64,000 nt of DNA, taken from assembly GCA_038046385.1 (NCBI GenBank), contig JBBSWH010000005.1:32001-96000 (forward strand). Reading direction: 5' to 3'. A program made the position numbers and the translations under genes. Below are positions 56,433 to 64,000 of this stretch, piece by piece (position 1 is the first letter of the stretch; the number at the start of each line of letters is the position of its first letter). This stretch comes from Nanobdellota archaeon. GTDB lineage: Archaea; Nanobdellota; Nanobdellia; Woesearchaeales; GW2011-AR4. The notes beneath the pieces are model-generated. The model had not been told where the DNA came from and did no database searches. It was given only the letters and a program-made list of their open reading frames with translations.

Positions 56433-56562
56433 TAATTAATCTTTTCTTATTTTATTAACAATGTCATGATTGATTTATAAAGATTTCTTGGGTTAAATAT
56501 GTATATTGGTTCATATACTTTAATAAGAAAATACTTTAATTGAAGGTTTATTACTCCTTCTT

Positions 56563-57018
56563 ATGGGGTTGGCAGACGTGGTTCAGGCAGAAGAAGCTAT
56601 AGGTAGAATGATAACATTGATTACAGGTGTAGCTCACAAACCGGTTTTTGTAGGAGTTTACGGAAGTGCCAATCATGGCAAAACTCATTTTTCAAGAAGA
56701 GTTCAAAAAGAAAGATGGGATAGTGCCAATAGTGTAGTTAGGGTGTTGAATGGACCAGAAGAATTTGGGCACTATAGCATTGTGGATACTTACCTCATTA
56801 ATATTACATTGACTGATCCTGCAAACAGACACGGAAAGTCTTCTCCAGAGAGGGATCTTAGAAAGATTGTAAAGAGAGACTATGATTTGAGCATTGCTGT
56901 GGTAAATCCAAGTTTGCATAATATTGATGTTGAAGCTTGCAGAGGATTGTATGACTTGGTTGTATTAAATCCAAATTCAAAAGTTAAAATGCCAATTAAA
57001 GTTCCTGTAAATTTATAA
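56563..57018 (+). CDS. Hypothetical protein with P-loop-like motif
   Basis: VGVYGSANHGKT. Confidence 0.6.
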   Translation: MGLADVVQAEEAIGRMITLITGVAHKPVFVGVYGSANHGKTHFSRRVQKERWDSANSVVRVLNGPEEFGHYSIVDTYLINITLTDPANRHGKSSPERDLRKIVKRDYDLSIAVVNPSLHNIDVEACRGLYDLVVLNPNSKVKMPIKVPVNL

Positions 57019-57040
57019 ATTAAGTTATAATACTACATCT

Positions 57041-57793
57041 ATGGCGCTTTATTTCATAGGAATTGGACTTAACAACGAAAAAGACATCACTCTTAATGGC
57101 CTTGAAGCTGTTAAGAAATGCGATGTTGTTTATCTGGAGAACTATACTTCTGTTTTGAATGTTAAAAAGGAGAAGCTTGAAGAGTTGTATGGAAAGAAAA
57201 TAGTGTTGGCAAGAAGGACGCTTGTTGAAGCTGACAATAATGAGATAATTAAGAATGCTGCATCAAGGAATGTTGCTTTTTTGGTTGCAGGAGATTCTCT
57301 TTCTGCAACAACGCATATTGATTTATGGATGAGGGCGAAGAAAGAAAACGTGAAGTGTTTTATTATTCACAATGCTTCAATACTGACTGCAATCGGCGTT
57401 ACCGGTTTGCAGCTGTATAAGTTTGGGAAAACAACTTCAATTCCTTTGGCTAATGAGAATGTTGAAACGCCTTATGATGTTTTGAAAGGAAACTTAAGCC
57501 TTGGATTGCATACTTTGTTTTTGCTTGATCTTAATCCGGAAGAAAATCAGTTTATGGGTGTTGGAGATGCACTTCGGTATCTGCTCAAGATTGAATTAAA
57601 ACGGAATGAAAAGCTGATTTCTGAAAAAACAATCTGTGTTGGATGCGCAAGGGTAGGAAGCGAGACGCAATCGATAAAAGCCGGAATGGTGAAAGATGTG
57701 CTGAAGCATAATTTCGGAAAATCCGTGCAGTGTTTGATAATACCGGGAAAGATGCACTTCATGGAAGAAGAAGCGCTGCAGATGTGGAAATGA
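57041..57793 (+). CDS. dph5: Diphthine synthase
   Basis: LYFIGIGL, YLENYTS, SATTH, GLQLYKFGKT, GLHTL, IIPGKMHFME. Confidence 0.95.
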   Translation: MALYFIGIGLNNEKDITLNGLEAVKKCDVVYLENYTSVLNVKKEKLEELYGKKIVLARRTLVEADNNEIIKNAASRNVAFLVAGDSLSATTHIDLWMRAKKENVKCFIIHNASILTAIGVTGLQLYKFGKTTSIPLANENVETPYDVLKGNLSLGLHTLFLLDLNPEENQFMGVGDALRYLLKIELKRNEKLISEKTICVGCARVGSETQSIKAGMVKDVLKHNFGKSVQCLIIPGKMHFMEEEALQMWK

Positions 57794-57912
57794 CCACTGG
57801 ACATCCCTGCCTAAGATATTTAAACTAATTCTTCGTCTTAAACTGAAAAAGAGAACACGCAAAACTGCCAAATTAAGCCTTTTGATTACATCAAAATCCT
57901 TTTACGCAGTTT
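57794..57912 (+). promoter_or_regulatory. Conserved upstream region of LAGLIDADG gene 2 (CCACTGGACA, TATA box, structured leader)
   Basis: CCACTGGACAT at 57794, TATTTAAAC at 57817, 44-nt block 57866-57909 homologous to 23474-23517. Confidence 0.7.
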
Positions 57913-57980
57913 CGCTTAACATTCTCTTTTTCCTGAATTCCAAAGTTCCAAAAGGTTAGAAACTTTGGAGGTTGATTAAA

Positions 57981-58691
57981 ATGATACAGAAAACGAAAGA
58001 AGAGTATTTGAAAGAACATAAGAATTGGGGCAGTATTAAACTTATCAATTTTCCCGAAAAGAATGAAAGATTGGCAGAGCTTGTCGGCATAATTCTTGGT
58101 GATGGTAACCTACATGTTTATACAAAAGGTAGTAATGTGGGAACTTATTCTTTAAGAATAGCTGGAAATTACATAAAAGATCATGAATATCTTACAAATT
58201 ATGTGGCTAGTTTGTGCAAAGACTTGTTTATGGTTAAGCCTAGGACATACAAACAGCCAAATGTAAATTGCATTTATCTTATAATTGATGGTAGGCTAAT
58301 TATAGATTTTTTAATTGAGATTGGATTAAAAAGCGGCAACAAAATAAAAAGTCAAGTTACAATACCCGATTGGATTATGGAAAATAATGAATATCTTAAA
58401 TCATGCATAAGGGGATTGATAGATACCGATGGCTGCGTTTATGAAATGCTGCCTCATTGGCCAGGCTTGTTCCAGATTAATTTTGAGAACAGAAACATAA
58501 CTTTGTTGAGAGATACAAGAGAGGCTTTGATAAAGCTAGGCTATCACCCTTCTAAAATTTGTGGCAATAGAACGCAATTCGGAACTAAAATTTATATCTC
58601 TCGAAAGGAAGAAATCAAAAGATTTTATAAAGAGATTGGGTCTAGCAACGATAGGAATATAAAACAATTCACTAAAGTGTTTAACTCATAG
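57981..58691 (+). CDS. Free-standing double-motif LAGLIDADG endonuclease
   Basis: LAELVGIILGDG and CIRGLIDTDG motifs; SD GGAGG before ATG 57981. Confidence 0.88.
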   Translation: MIQKTKEEYLKEHKNWGSIKLINFPEKNERLAELVGIILGDGNLHVYTKGSNVGTYSLRIAGNYIKDHEYLTNYVASLCKDLFMVKPRTYKQPNVNCIYLIIDGRLIIDFLIEIGLKSGNKIKSQVTIPDWIMENNEYLKSCIRGLIDTDGCVYEMLPHWPGLFQINFENRNITLLRDTREALIKLGYHPSKICGNRTQFGTKIYISRKEEIKRFYKEIGSSNDRNIKQFTKVFNS

Positions 58692-58780
58692 CCCCGTAGT
58701 CTAGCGGTCACTTGAATAAAGCTGCAGAAGGATTCGGCCCTTTGGAGGCTGAGGCGGCAGTTCGAATCTGCCCGGGGCTA
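58690..58780 (+). tRNA. tRNA-Gln(TTG) with 18-nt D-loop intron (58710-58727)
   Basis: AGCCCCG/CGGGGCT acceptor, CGGCC-CTTTGGA-GGCTG anticodon arm, GGCAG-TTCGAAT-CTGCC; BHB-like GCGG/CTGC with bulges TCA and AGA. Confidence 0.88.
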
Positions 58781-58844
58781 TATTTTAATTTTCTCTTGAT
58801 TATGGGCAATACTTAGATATACCTTACCAATATTTCTCTAAACT

Positions 58845-59216
58845 ATGTCCGTTATAATCAAGAAATCAAAAATACAGGGGAAAGGTGTATTTGCTGGTTC
58901 TAACTTTAGAAAAGGAGATGTTGTGATGAAATGGGATGCTTCCATGATGTTAAGCAAAAAGGAAGCCAAAAAAGTACCTATTCGATATAGGAAATATCTT
59001 GTGCTTTACAAAGGGAAGTTTATAGTATCGCAGTCTCCTGAAAAATATCTTAATCATTCCTGTAATCCGAATACAAAGGAAGGAAATCTCTGCGATATTG
59101 CGATTAGAAGCATAAAAAGGGGAGAAGAACTTACAACAGACTATTCGATTGATGCTAAAGATTACCTTAAAATGAAGTGCAACTGCAAAAGTGAGAAGTG
59201 CAAGAAGATAGTGTGA
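58845..59216 (+). CDS. SET-domain protein
   Basis: GKGVFA, YLNHSCNPN, GEELTTDY, CNCKSEKC. Confidence 0.9.
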   Translation: MSVIIKKSKIQGKGVFAGSNFRKGDVVMKWDASMMLSKKEAKKVPIRYRKYLVLYKGKFIVSQSPEKYLNHSCNPNTKEGNLCDIAIRSIKRGEELTTDYSIDAKDYLKMKCNCKSEKCKKIV

Positions 59217-59289
59217 AATTTACAAATAGTGTAAATATAAAAGAAGCTAAACGGTAACATTTACAAAGACTGGTTAATTATCCATTTAC

Positions 59290-59409
59290 ATGAAAAAGAA
59301 AAAAATGTTTCAAAGAATAATGGAAAAGATTGACAAAAACCTGAAAGACAAGGCTAAAAAGAAAAGCTGCTGCAGCTGCAAGATGAAAGATGCTGGAAAG
59401 AATAAGTGA
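59290..59409 (+). CDS. Small basic protein with CCSC motif (39 aa)
   Basis: MKKKKMFQRIMEKIDKNLKDKAKKKSCCSCKMKDAGKNK, overlapping the permease start. Confidence 0.5.
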   Translation: MKKKKMFQRIMEKIDKNLKDKAKKKSCCSCKMKDAGKNK

Positions 59410-60304
59410 AGTGTTCAATAGCGGCTTTTTTAGCTATTTTGTATATGAATCCCTCAAGATATTAATACTGCTGTTCTTAGTAATTTTTATCATAGGTTTT
59501 TTAAGGTCGTACATATCTGCAAAAAAGCTCAATTCCTGGCTTAAGGGAAAGAGCAAGATTGTTGCGCATTTTGTTGCGTCTATGTTCGGGGCAATAACCC
59601 CTTTCTGTTCATGCTCGTCAATCCCTATCTTTATGGGATTCCTTGAAGCAAGGATGCCGCTTGGGATTGCATTTTCCTTCTTAGTTACTTCTCCTTTGGT
59701 AAATGAGTATCTCGTTGTCCTTATGCTGGCCCTTTTTGGAGTTAAAATAACCGTAATATATGTCCTTATCGGCATTCTTCTGGGAGTTGTTGCCGGAATT
59801 ATACTCGGATGGATGAAACTTGAAAAATACCTTGTTAAAGATATTGCAGACAGGGCTCAAAAAATTGTTAAATTCAGAAATTTCAGGGAAAGGGTTGGCT
59901 TTGGATTTGGCGAGGCAAAAGATATAACAAAAAAGATTTTCCTGTGGGTTATTGTTGGAGTTTTCTTTGGAGCACTCATCCATAATGCAGTTCCTGAAGA
60001 TTTTATCAGAACGGCAATAAGCAAGGCAGGAATTTTTGGGGTCCCTATTGCAACATTGCTTGGAGTTCCGATTTACGGCAGCAGCGCTGCAATGCTCCCG
60101 ATTACATCTGGATTATACAATAAAGGAGTTCCTTTGGGGACTGCATTTGCCTTTATGATGGCAGTTTCTGCGCTTAGCTTTCCTGAAGCAGTCATACTGA
60201 GAAGAAGCATGAAACTGAAGCTAATAGCAATATTTTTCGGGATTGTTGCACTCGGAATTATTTTTGTCGGATATGCATTAAATTTTGTTCAGTGGATGGT
60301 ATAG
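59390..60304 (+). CDS. ArsP/DUF318-family permease
   Basis: GAITPFCSCSSIP, SPLVNE, ALSFPE. Confidence 0.88.
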   Translation: MLERISEVFNSGFFSYFVYESLKILILLFLVIFIIGFLRSYISAKKLNSWLKGKSKIVAHFVASMFGAITPFCSCSSIPIFMGFLEARMPLGIAFSFLVTSPLVNEYLVVLMLALFGVKITVIYVLIGILLGVVAGIILGWMKLEKYLVKDIADRAQKIVKFRNFRERVGFGFGEAKDITKKIFLWVIVGVFFGALIHNAVPEDFIRTAISKAGIFGVPIATLLGVPIYGSSAAMLPITSGLYNKGVPLGTAFAFMMAVSALSFPEAVILRRSMKLKLIAIFFGIVALGIIFVGYALNFVQWMV

Positions 60305-60352
60305 AAAAGCTTTTATTCTGCCTTAAACACCATGCTATTGGGGTGCATTGAA

Positions 60353-61102
60353 ATGGTATGGACATATATTTTATTGGGCATTGCTGCAGTTATAGTATTA
60401 AGTTCTATAAAGATAATCGACCAGTTTGAAAAGGGAGTTGTTCTTACTTTGGGAAAGTTCAGCGGAATGAGAGGGCCGGGATTTAATCTTGTTGTTCCGA
60501 TAATACAAAGAATCGTTATTGTTGACTTGAGAATAAGGACGATTGACATTGAAAAGCAGCAGGTTATGACAAAAGATAACGTGCCTGTTAATGTTAACGG
60601 AGTTGTGTTCTTTAAAGTTGCAAAGGTTGATGATGCTGTCCTGAAGATACAGGATTATGAATATTCTTTGTCGCAGTATGCGCAGACTGCACTTAGAGAT
60701 GTTGTCGGCGGAATGAGCCTGGATATGGTTTTGACTGAAAGGCAAAAGATAGGTGAAGAGATAAGCAAGATTGTTGACAAAGAAACTGACCAGTGGGGTT
60801 TGGACATTCAAACCATAAAATTGCAGGATGTTGAAGTTCCTGATGACTTGAAAAGAATTATGTCAAGGCAGGCTGCTGCTGAAAGAGAAAAGAGAGCTGT
60901 AATTATCAAATCAGAAGGTGACAGGGATGCTGCAAAGAATCTTGCTCAGGCTGCAACAACAATGGGAAGAGCAAAAGGCGCGATGCAATTACGAACGCTG
61001 CAGACGCTTGACGGGCTTGGACCGACTGCTTCCAACACTGTTGTGATGGCACTTCCGGTTGAAGTGATGGAAATGTTTCAGAAGCTGGCGAAGAAGAAGT
61101 GA
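60353..61102 (+). CDS. SPFH/stomatin (band 7) protein
   Basis: VDLRIRT, TKDNVPV, QTALRDVVG, QAAAEREKRA, QLRTLQTL. Confidence 0.93.
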   Translation: MVWTYILLGIAAVIVLSSIKIIDQFEKGVVLTLGKFSGMRGPGFNLVVPIIQRIVIVDLRIRTIDIEKQQVMTKDNVPVNVNGVVFFKVAKVDDAVLKIQDYEYSLSQYAQTALRDVVGGMSLDMVLTERQKIGEEISKIVDKETDQWGLDIQTIKLQDVEVPDDLKRIMSRQAAAEREKRAVIIKSEGDRDAAKNLAQAATTMGRAKGAMQLRTLQTLDGLGPTASNTVVMALPVEVMEMFQKLAKKK

Positions 61103-61321
61103 GTGAAATATAAAATAATGGGAAAAGAAATTAAACTTAACGACAATCAGGTTTGGACAGGGGTAGTTGGAGGAGTTATCGCTGGTATGATTTTAATAAT
61201 TTCAGACTCCTTTGGAGAAATGTTTTCAGGAGGAATAAAAATTATTATAAAATTAGGATTAGCAATAGTAATAACAATGGTTTTAATGGTGTTGTACCTT
61301 AAACCAAAAAATAAAAATTAG
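61103..61321 (+). CDS. Small membrane protein
   Basis: Two TM-like helices. Confidence 0.6.
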   Translation: MKYKIMGKEIKLNDNQVWTGVVGGVIAGMILIISDSFGEMFSGGIKIIIKLGLAIVITMVLMVLYLKPKNKN

Positions 61322-61388
61322 AATATACAGAATTCACTCAACAACAACCTTTTTAAACCCTATAATTATCCCATATAGTATAACAAAG

Positions 61389-61436
61389 ATAGCTCGGTGA
61401 AAGCTTGGCTATACTGGGTAGAAAGTGATTTCTCCC
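61389..61436 (+). promoter_or_regulatory. Candidate structured leader of uS15 mRNA
   Basis: Two adjacent hairpins with GAAA and GTGA tetraloops between the TATA box and the SD. Confidence 0.45.
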
Positions 61437-61468
61437 TAATATTAACTAAAACAACACGAGGTTGAACT

Positions 61469-61924
61469 ATGGCAAGAATGTATTCAAGGAAGCACGGAAA
61501 GTCAGGGTCAAAGAAGCCTGCAAAGAAGGTAAATCCGTCATGGACAAGATACAAGGGAAAGGAAGTTGAGCTTCTTATCGGAAAGCTTTACAAGGAAGGA
61601 AAGCCAGCATCACAGATTGGACTATTATTAAGAGATACTTACGGAATACCAAGCGTAAGAACACTGTGCGGCAAGTCAATTCACGCAATTCTTGAGGAAA
61701 AGAAAATGGTTGCTGAAATTCCTGAAGATTTACAGGCTATGTTCAAGAAATACGCGCTTGTGAAGAAGCACATTGTCACAAACAAGAAAGACCAGACTGC
61801 TGCTAGAGGATTAAACATAACAGCCTCAAAAATAAACAAGCTTGTAAAATATTACAAGAGAAAAGGCAGAATGGCAGAGACGTGGAAGTTCGACGCTGAC
61901 AGAATGGGATTCTTCGCGGAATAA
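61469..61924 (+). CDS. rps15: 30S ribosomal protein S15 (uS15/S13e)
   Basis: MARMYSRKHGKSGS, SQIGLLLRDTYGIP, IPEDL, LVKYYK. Confidence 0.96.
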   Translation: MARMYSRKHGKSGSKKPAKKVNPSWTRYKGKEVELLIGKLYKEGKPASQIGLLLRDTYGIPSVRTLCGKSIHAILEEKKMVAEIPEDLQAMFKKYALVKKHIVTNKKDQTAARGLNITASKINKLVKYYKRKGRMAETWKFDADRMGFFAE

Positions 61925-61949
61925 ATTCCGCTTTTTTTTATTTTTTACC

Positions 61950-62426
61950 ATGTCAAGATCAAAGGCAAGTGAACATGGAAAATATTTAAGATTGGCTTAC
62001 TTTAGAAGCATAGACGGCGCTGTGACCCATTCAGGCATGGTAAATGATGGCAATTTTGAAGGCTTGCCGCAAGAATTCTTTGCCCAGTTGTCTGAAAAAG
62101 GATTTGGATTCAGAAGCCTTGACGGCCAGCTTTATTCTGGGTTGGGCACACAAAGAATGTTTGATGAAGTTGCGTCTGTCCCTTCTGCTTCAATAGGCGG
62201 CCTTGAAGTCAGGACAATAAATGGGTTTAACATATTCCATAGCCAAAAAAATGATGCGACTTTGATTGTGATAACCAAAGATGGAGTGAATTATGTGCTG
62301 CTAAATGCAGATTTCGGGCACGGGCCAGAGACTTGCGCAGTCATGGCAGACAAGCCTACTTATTCACAACCACTTTTGCTTCATCAGGTTTTGAAAAGAG
62401 TATATAACTCAAAAACTAAGAGTTAG
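61950..62426 (+). CDS. Hypothetical protein
   Basis: 158-aa ORF with no recognised motif. Confidence 0.6.
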   Translation: MSRSKASEHGKYLRLAYFRSIDGAVTHSGMVNDGNFEGLPQEFFAQLSEKGFGFRSLDGQLYSGLGTQRMFDEVASVPSASIGGLEVRTINGFNIFHSQKNDATLIVITKDGVNYVLLNADFGHGPETCAVMADKPTYSQPLLLHQVLKRVYNSKTKS

Positions 62427-63084
62427 CCATTTCCTTTATTTTTCCGTATTCTTTCAAACTTGATAACGTCAAATCTGCTGTTTTTTGAAGCTCCTGCAAA
62501 GTGCAGCTTCCGGTTGCGACTCCAACAGCAAATGCGCCTGATTTTTTTGCAGCTTCGATGTCATATGCAGTATCTCCAATGACAATAATTTTTCCGAAAT
62601 CGTATTTCATTGATTTTGCCCGTTCTATTGCTCTTTGGACTATCTGAGCCCTTGTGCTTAATCCGTCGTCAAAGCTCGAAACGTCAAAATATTTTGACAA
62701 TCCGGATTTTTCGAGTATGAGCCTTGCAATTCCTTCCATGTTGCCGGAAACAACGCCTGCAAAATGGCCTGCTGAGCGGATTGCTTCAAGAAAATCAAGA
62801 ACGCCTTCAAGCGGCTCCACAGGGTGCTGGCCAAGCACTTTTGCAAAGTTAGAAGGATGAAGCTGCATCAGCCTCTGTGCAACTGCGTTGTCATAATTAA
62901 TGCTTAATTCCCTGAAAATCTGCCTGTGCATGCTTGAGTCAGGCATGCCGAATGTCTTTGTTATCATATAGTCTGGCACGTTTATTTTCATAACGTCGTA
63001 ATAATCGTACTTGTATGAAGCAAGATGCAGCTTGTTTATGTTCACAAGCGTTCCGTCAATGTCGAATAAGTAAAGGGTTTTCAT
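62416..63084 (-). CDS. HAD-superfamily hydrolase
   Basis: FDIDGTL, VSGN, IGDTAYD, GVATG. Confidence 0.9.
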   Translation of the reverse strand: MKTLYLFDIDGTLVNINKLHLASYKYDYYDVMKINVPDYMITKTFGMPDSSMHRQIFRELSINYDNAVAQRLMQLHPSNFAKVLGQHPVEPLEGVLDFLEAIRSAGHFAGVVSGNMEGIARLILEKSGLSKYFDVSSFDDGLSTRAQIVQRAIERAKSMKYDFGKIIVIGDTAYDIEAAKKSGAFAVGVATGSCTLQELQKTADLTLSSLKEYGKIKEMANS

Positions 63085-63085
63085 T

Positions 63086-64000
63086 TTAAGAATTTGTTAT
63101 TTCTTTTATTCTTTCAACAACTTCATCAATAAGATAATCCGGTGTTGATGCGCCTGCTGTGACTCCGATTTTTTCTTTTCTGGCAAACCATCCTTTCTGC
63201 AATTGGCCTTGAGACTGGATGAAATAAGACTGGACGCCGAACTCTTTGCATTTTGTATGGAGTTCTTTTGAATTTGAAGAATTCAAGCCGCCGATTACAA
63301 TTACAACGTCGCTTTCCTTGGCAAGGTCTTCTGTATCTGATTGCCTTTGTTTTGTGGGATTGCATATTGTGTCAACCCATGCGTATTTTGCATTTGTTTC
63401 CTTCATGCTCAAAGGGATATTCTCAAACTTTCCGCTTTTCATCTTTGAGTTTGTTTCATCAATCAGCTTCTTGTAGCCGTAGACCGACATTGTTGTCTGC
63501 GATATTATAGCATACTTGCCGTATTCTGCCTTATTGATGAAATCAACAATCCTGTCAGAGTCTTCTGCATGCTCCACAATGAATGTGTCTTTGCCTTTTA
63601 GATGATAAGATGTGCCGATTGATTCCGGATGGTCGTGCTTTCCAAAGATTATGACTTCGTAGCCTGCATTCTTCAATTTTATTGCAACATTATGCACCAA
63701 AGTGACTAGAGGGCAGGTTGCATCGTTCAGGTTATTGCTTTTAGTAATTGATTTCTGCTCAAGAATCTGGTAAGTTGTTCCTGGTTCGCCATGAGCTCTA
63801 AGAACAGTGACTGCGTTTTGGGGGATTTCGCTTATGCTGTCAACAAAAACAATTCCCTTGCCTTCAAGGTCGTTGATAACCCTTTCATTGTGCACAAGCT
63901 GGCCAAGAACATATGTTTTTTCTGTATTTTTTCCTGCAACTTCCTCTGCAATCTCTATTGCTTTCTTCACTCCAAAACAGAAGCCTGCGTGCTTTGCTAC
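63086..64000 (-). CDS. ispH: 4-hydroxy-3-methylbut-2-enyl diphosphate reductase (start just outside window)
   Basis: AGFCFGVKKA, VHN, RAHG, DATCPLV, HPE, SQTT, TIC.PT..RQ, SSNS, TAGASTPD. Confidence 0.95.
   Translation of the reverse strand, partial: VAKHAGFCFGVKKAIEIAEEVAGKNTEKTYVLGQLVHNERVINDLEGKGIVFVDSISEIPQNAVTVLRAHGEPGTTYQILEQKSITKSNNLNDATCPLVTLVHNVAIKLKNAGYEVIIFGKHDHPESIGTSYHLKGKDTFIVEHAEDSDRIVDFINKAEYGKYAIISQTTMSVYGYKKLIDETNSKMKSGKFENIPLSMKETNAKYAWVDTICNPTKQRQSDTEDLAKESDVVIVIGGLNSSNSKELHTKCKEFGVQSYFIQSQGQLQKGWFARKEKIGVTAGASTPDYLIDEVVERIKEITNS

Overview
Gene-dense, AT-rich archaeal window. The gene set (aRF1, aIF5A, L40e, uS15, histone, Cdc6/Orc1, PINA, Dph5, Rpp21, CarS, plus bacterial-type IspH and GlgP) suggests a DPANN archaeon, probably Woesearchaeota; this is an inference. 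About 80 CDS cover phospholipid head-group synthesis, translation, tRNA modification, carbon and energy metabolism and cell division. No rRNA, CRISPR array, transposase or integrase was seen. The most unusual signals are non-coding. (1) All four tRNA genes are interrupted, including an initiator tRNA-Met split by four BHB-like introns and a Ser-type tRNA with an anomalous anticodon loop. (2) A ~220-nt GC-rich element occurs twice, plus a fragment, with covarying stems and swapped hairpin modules. (3) Two dissimilar free-standing LAGLIDADG genes share a promoter-proximal CCACTGGACA motif and a covarying 44-nt leader structure. (4) Candidate structured RNAs flank aIF5A, ftsZ and uS15. All calls come from manual reading and motif recognition; no database searches or folding programs were run.
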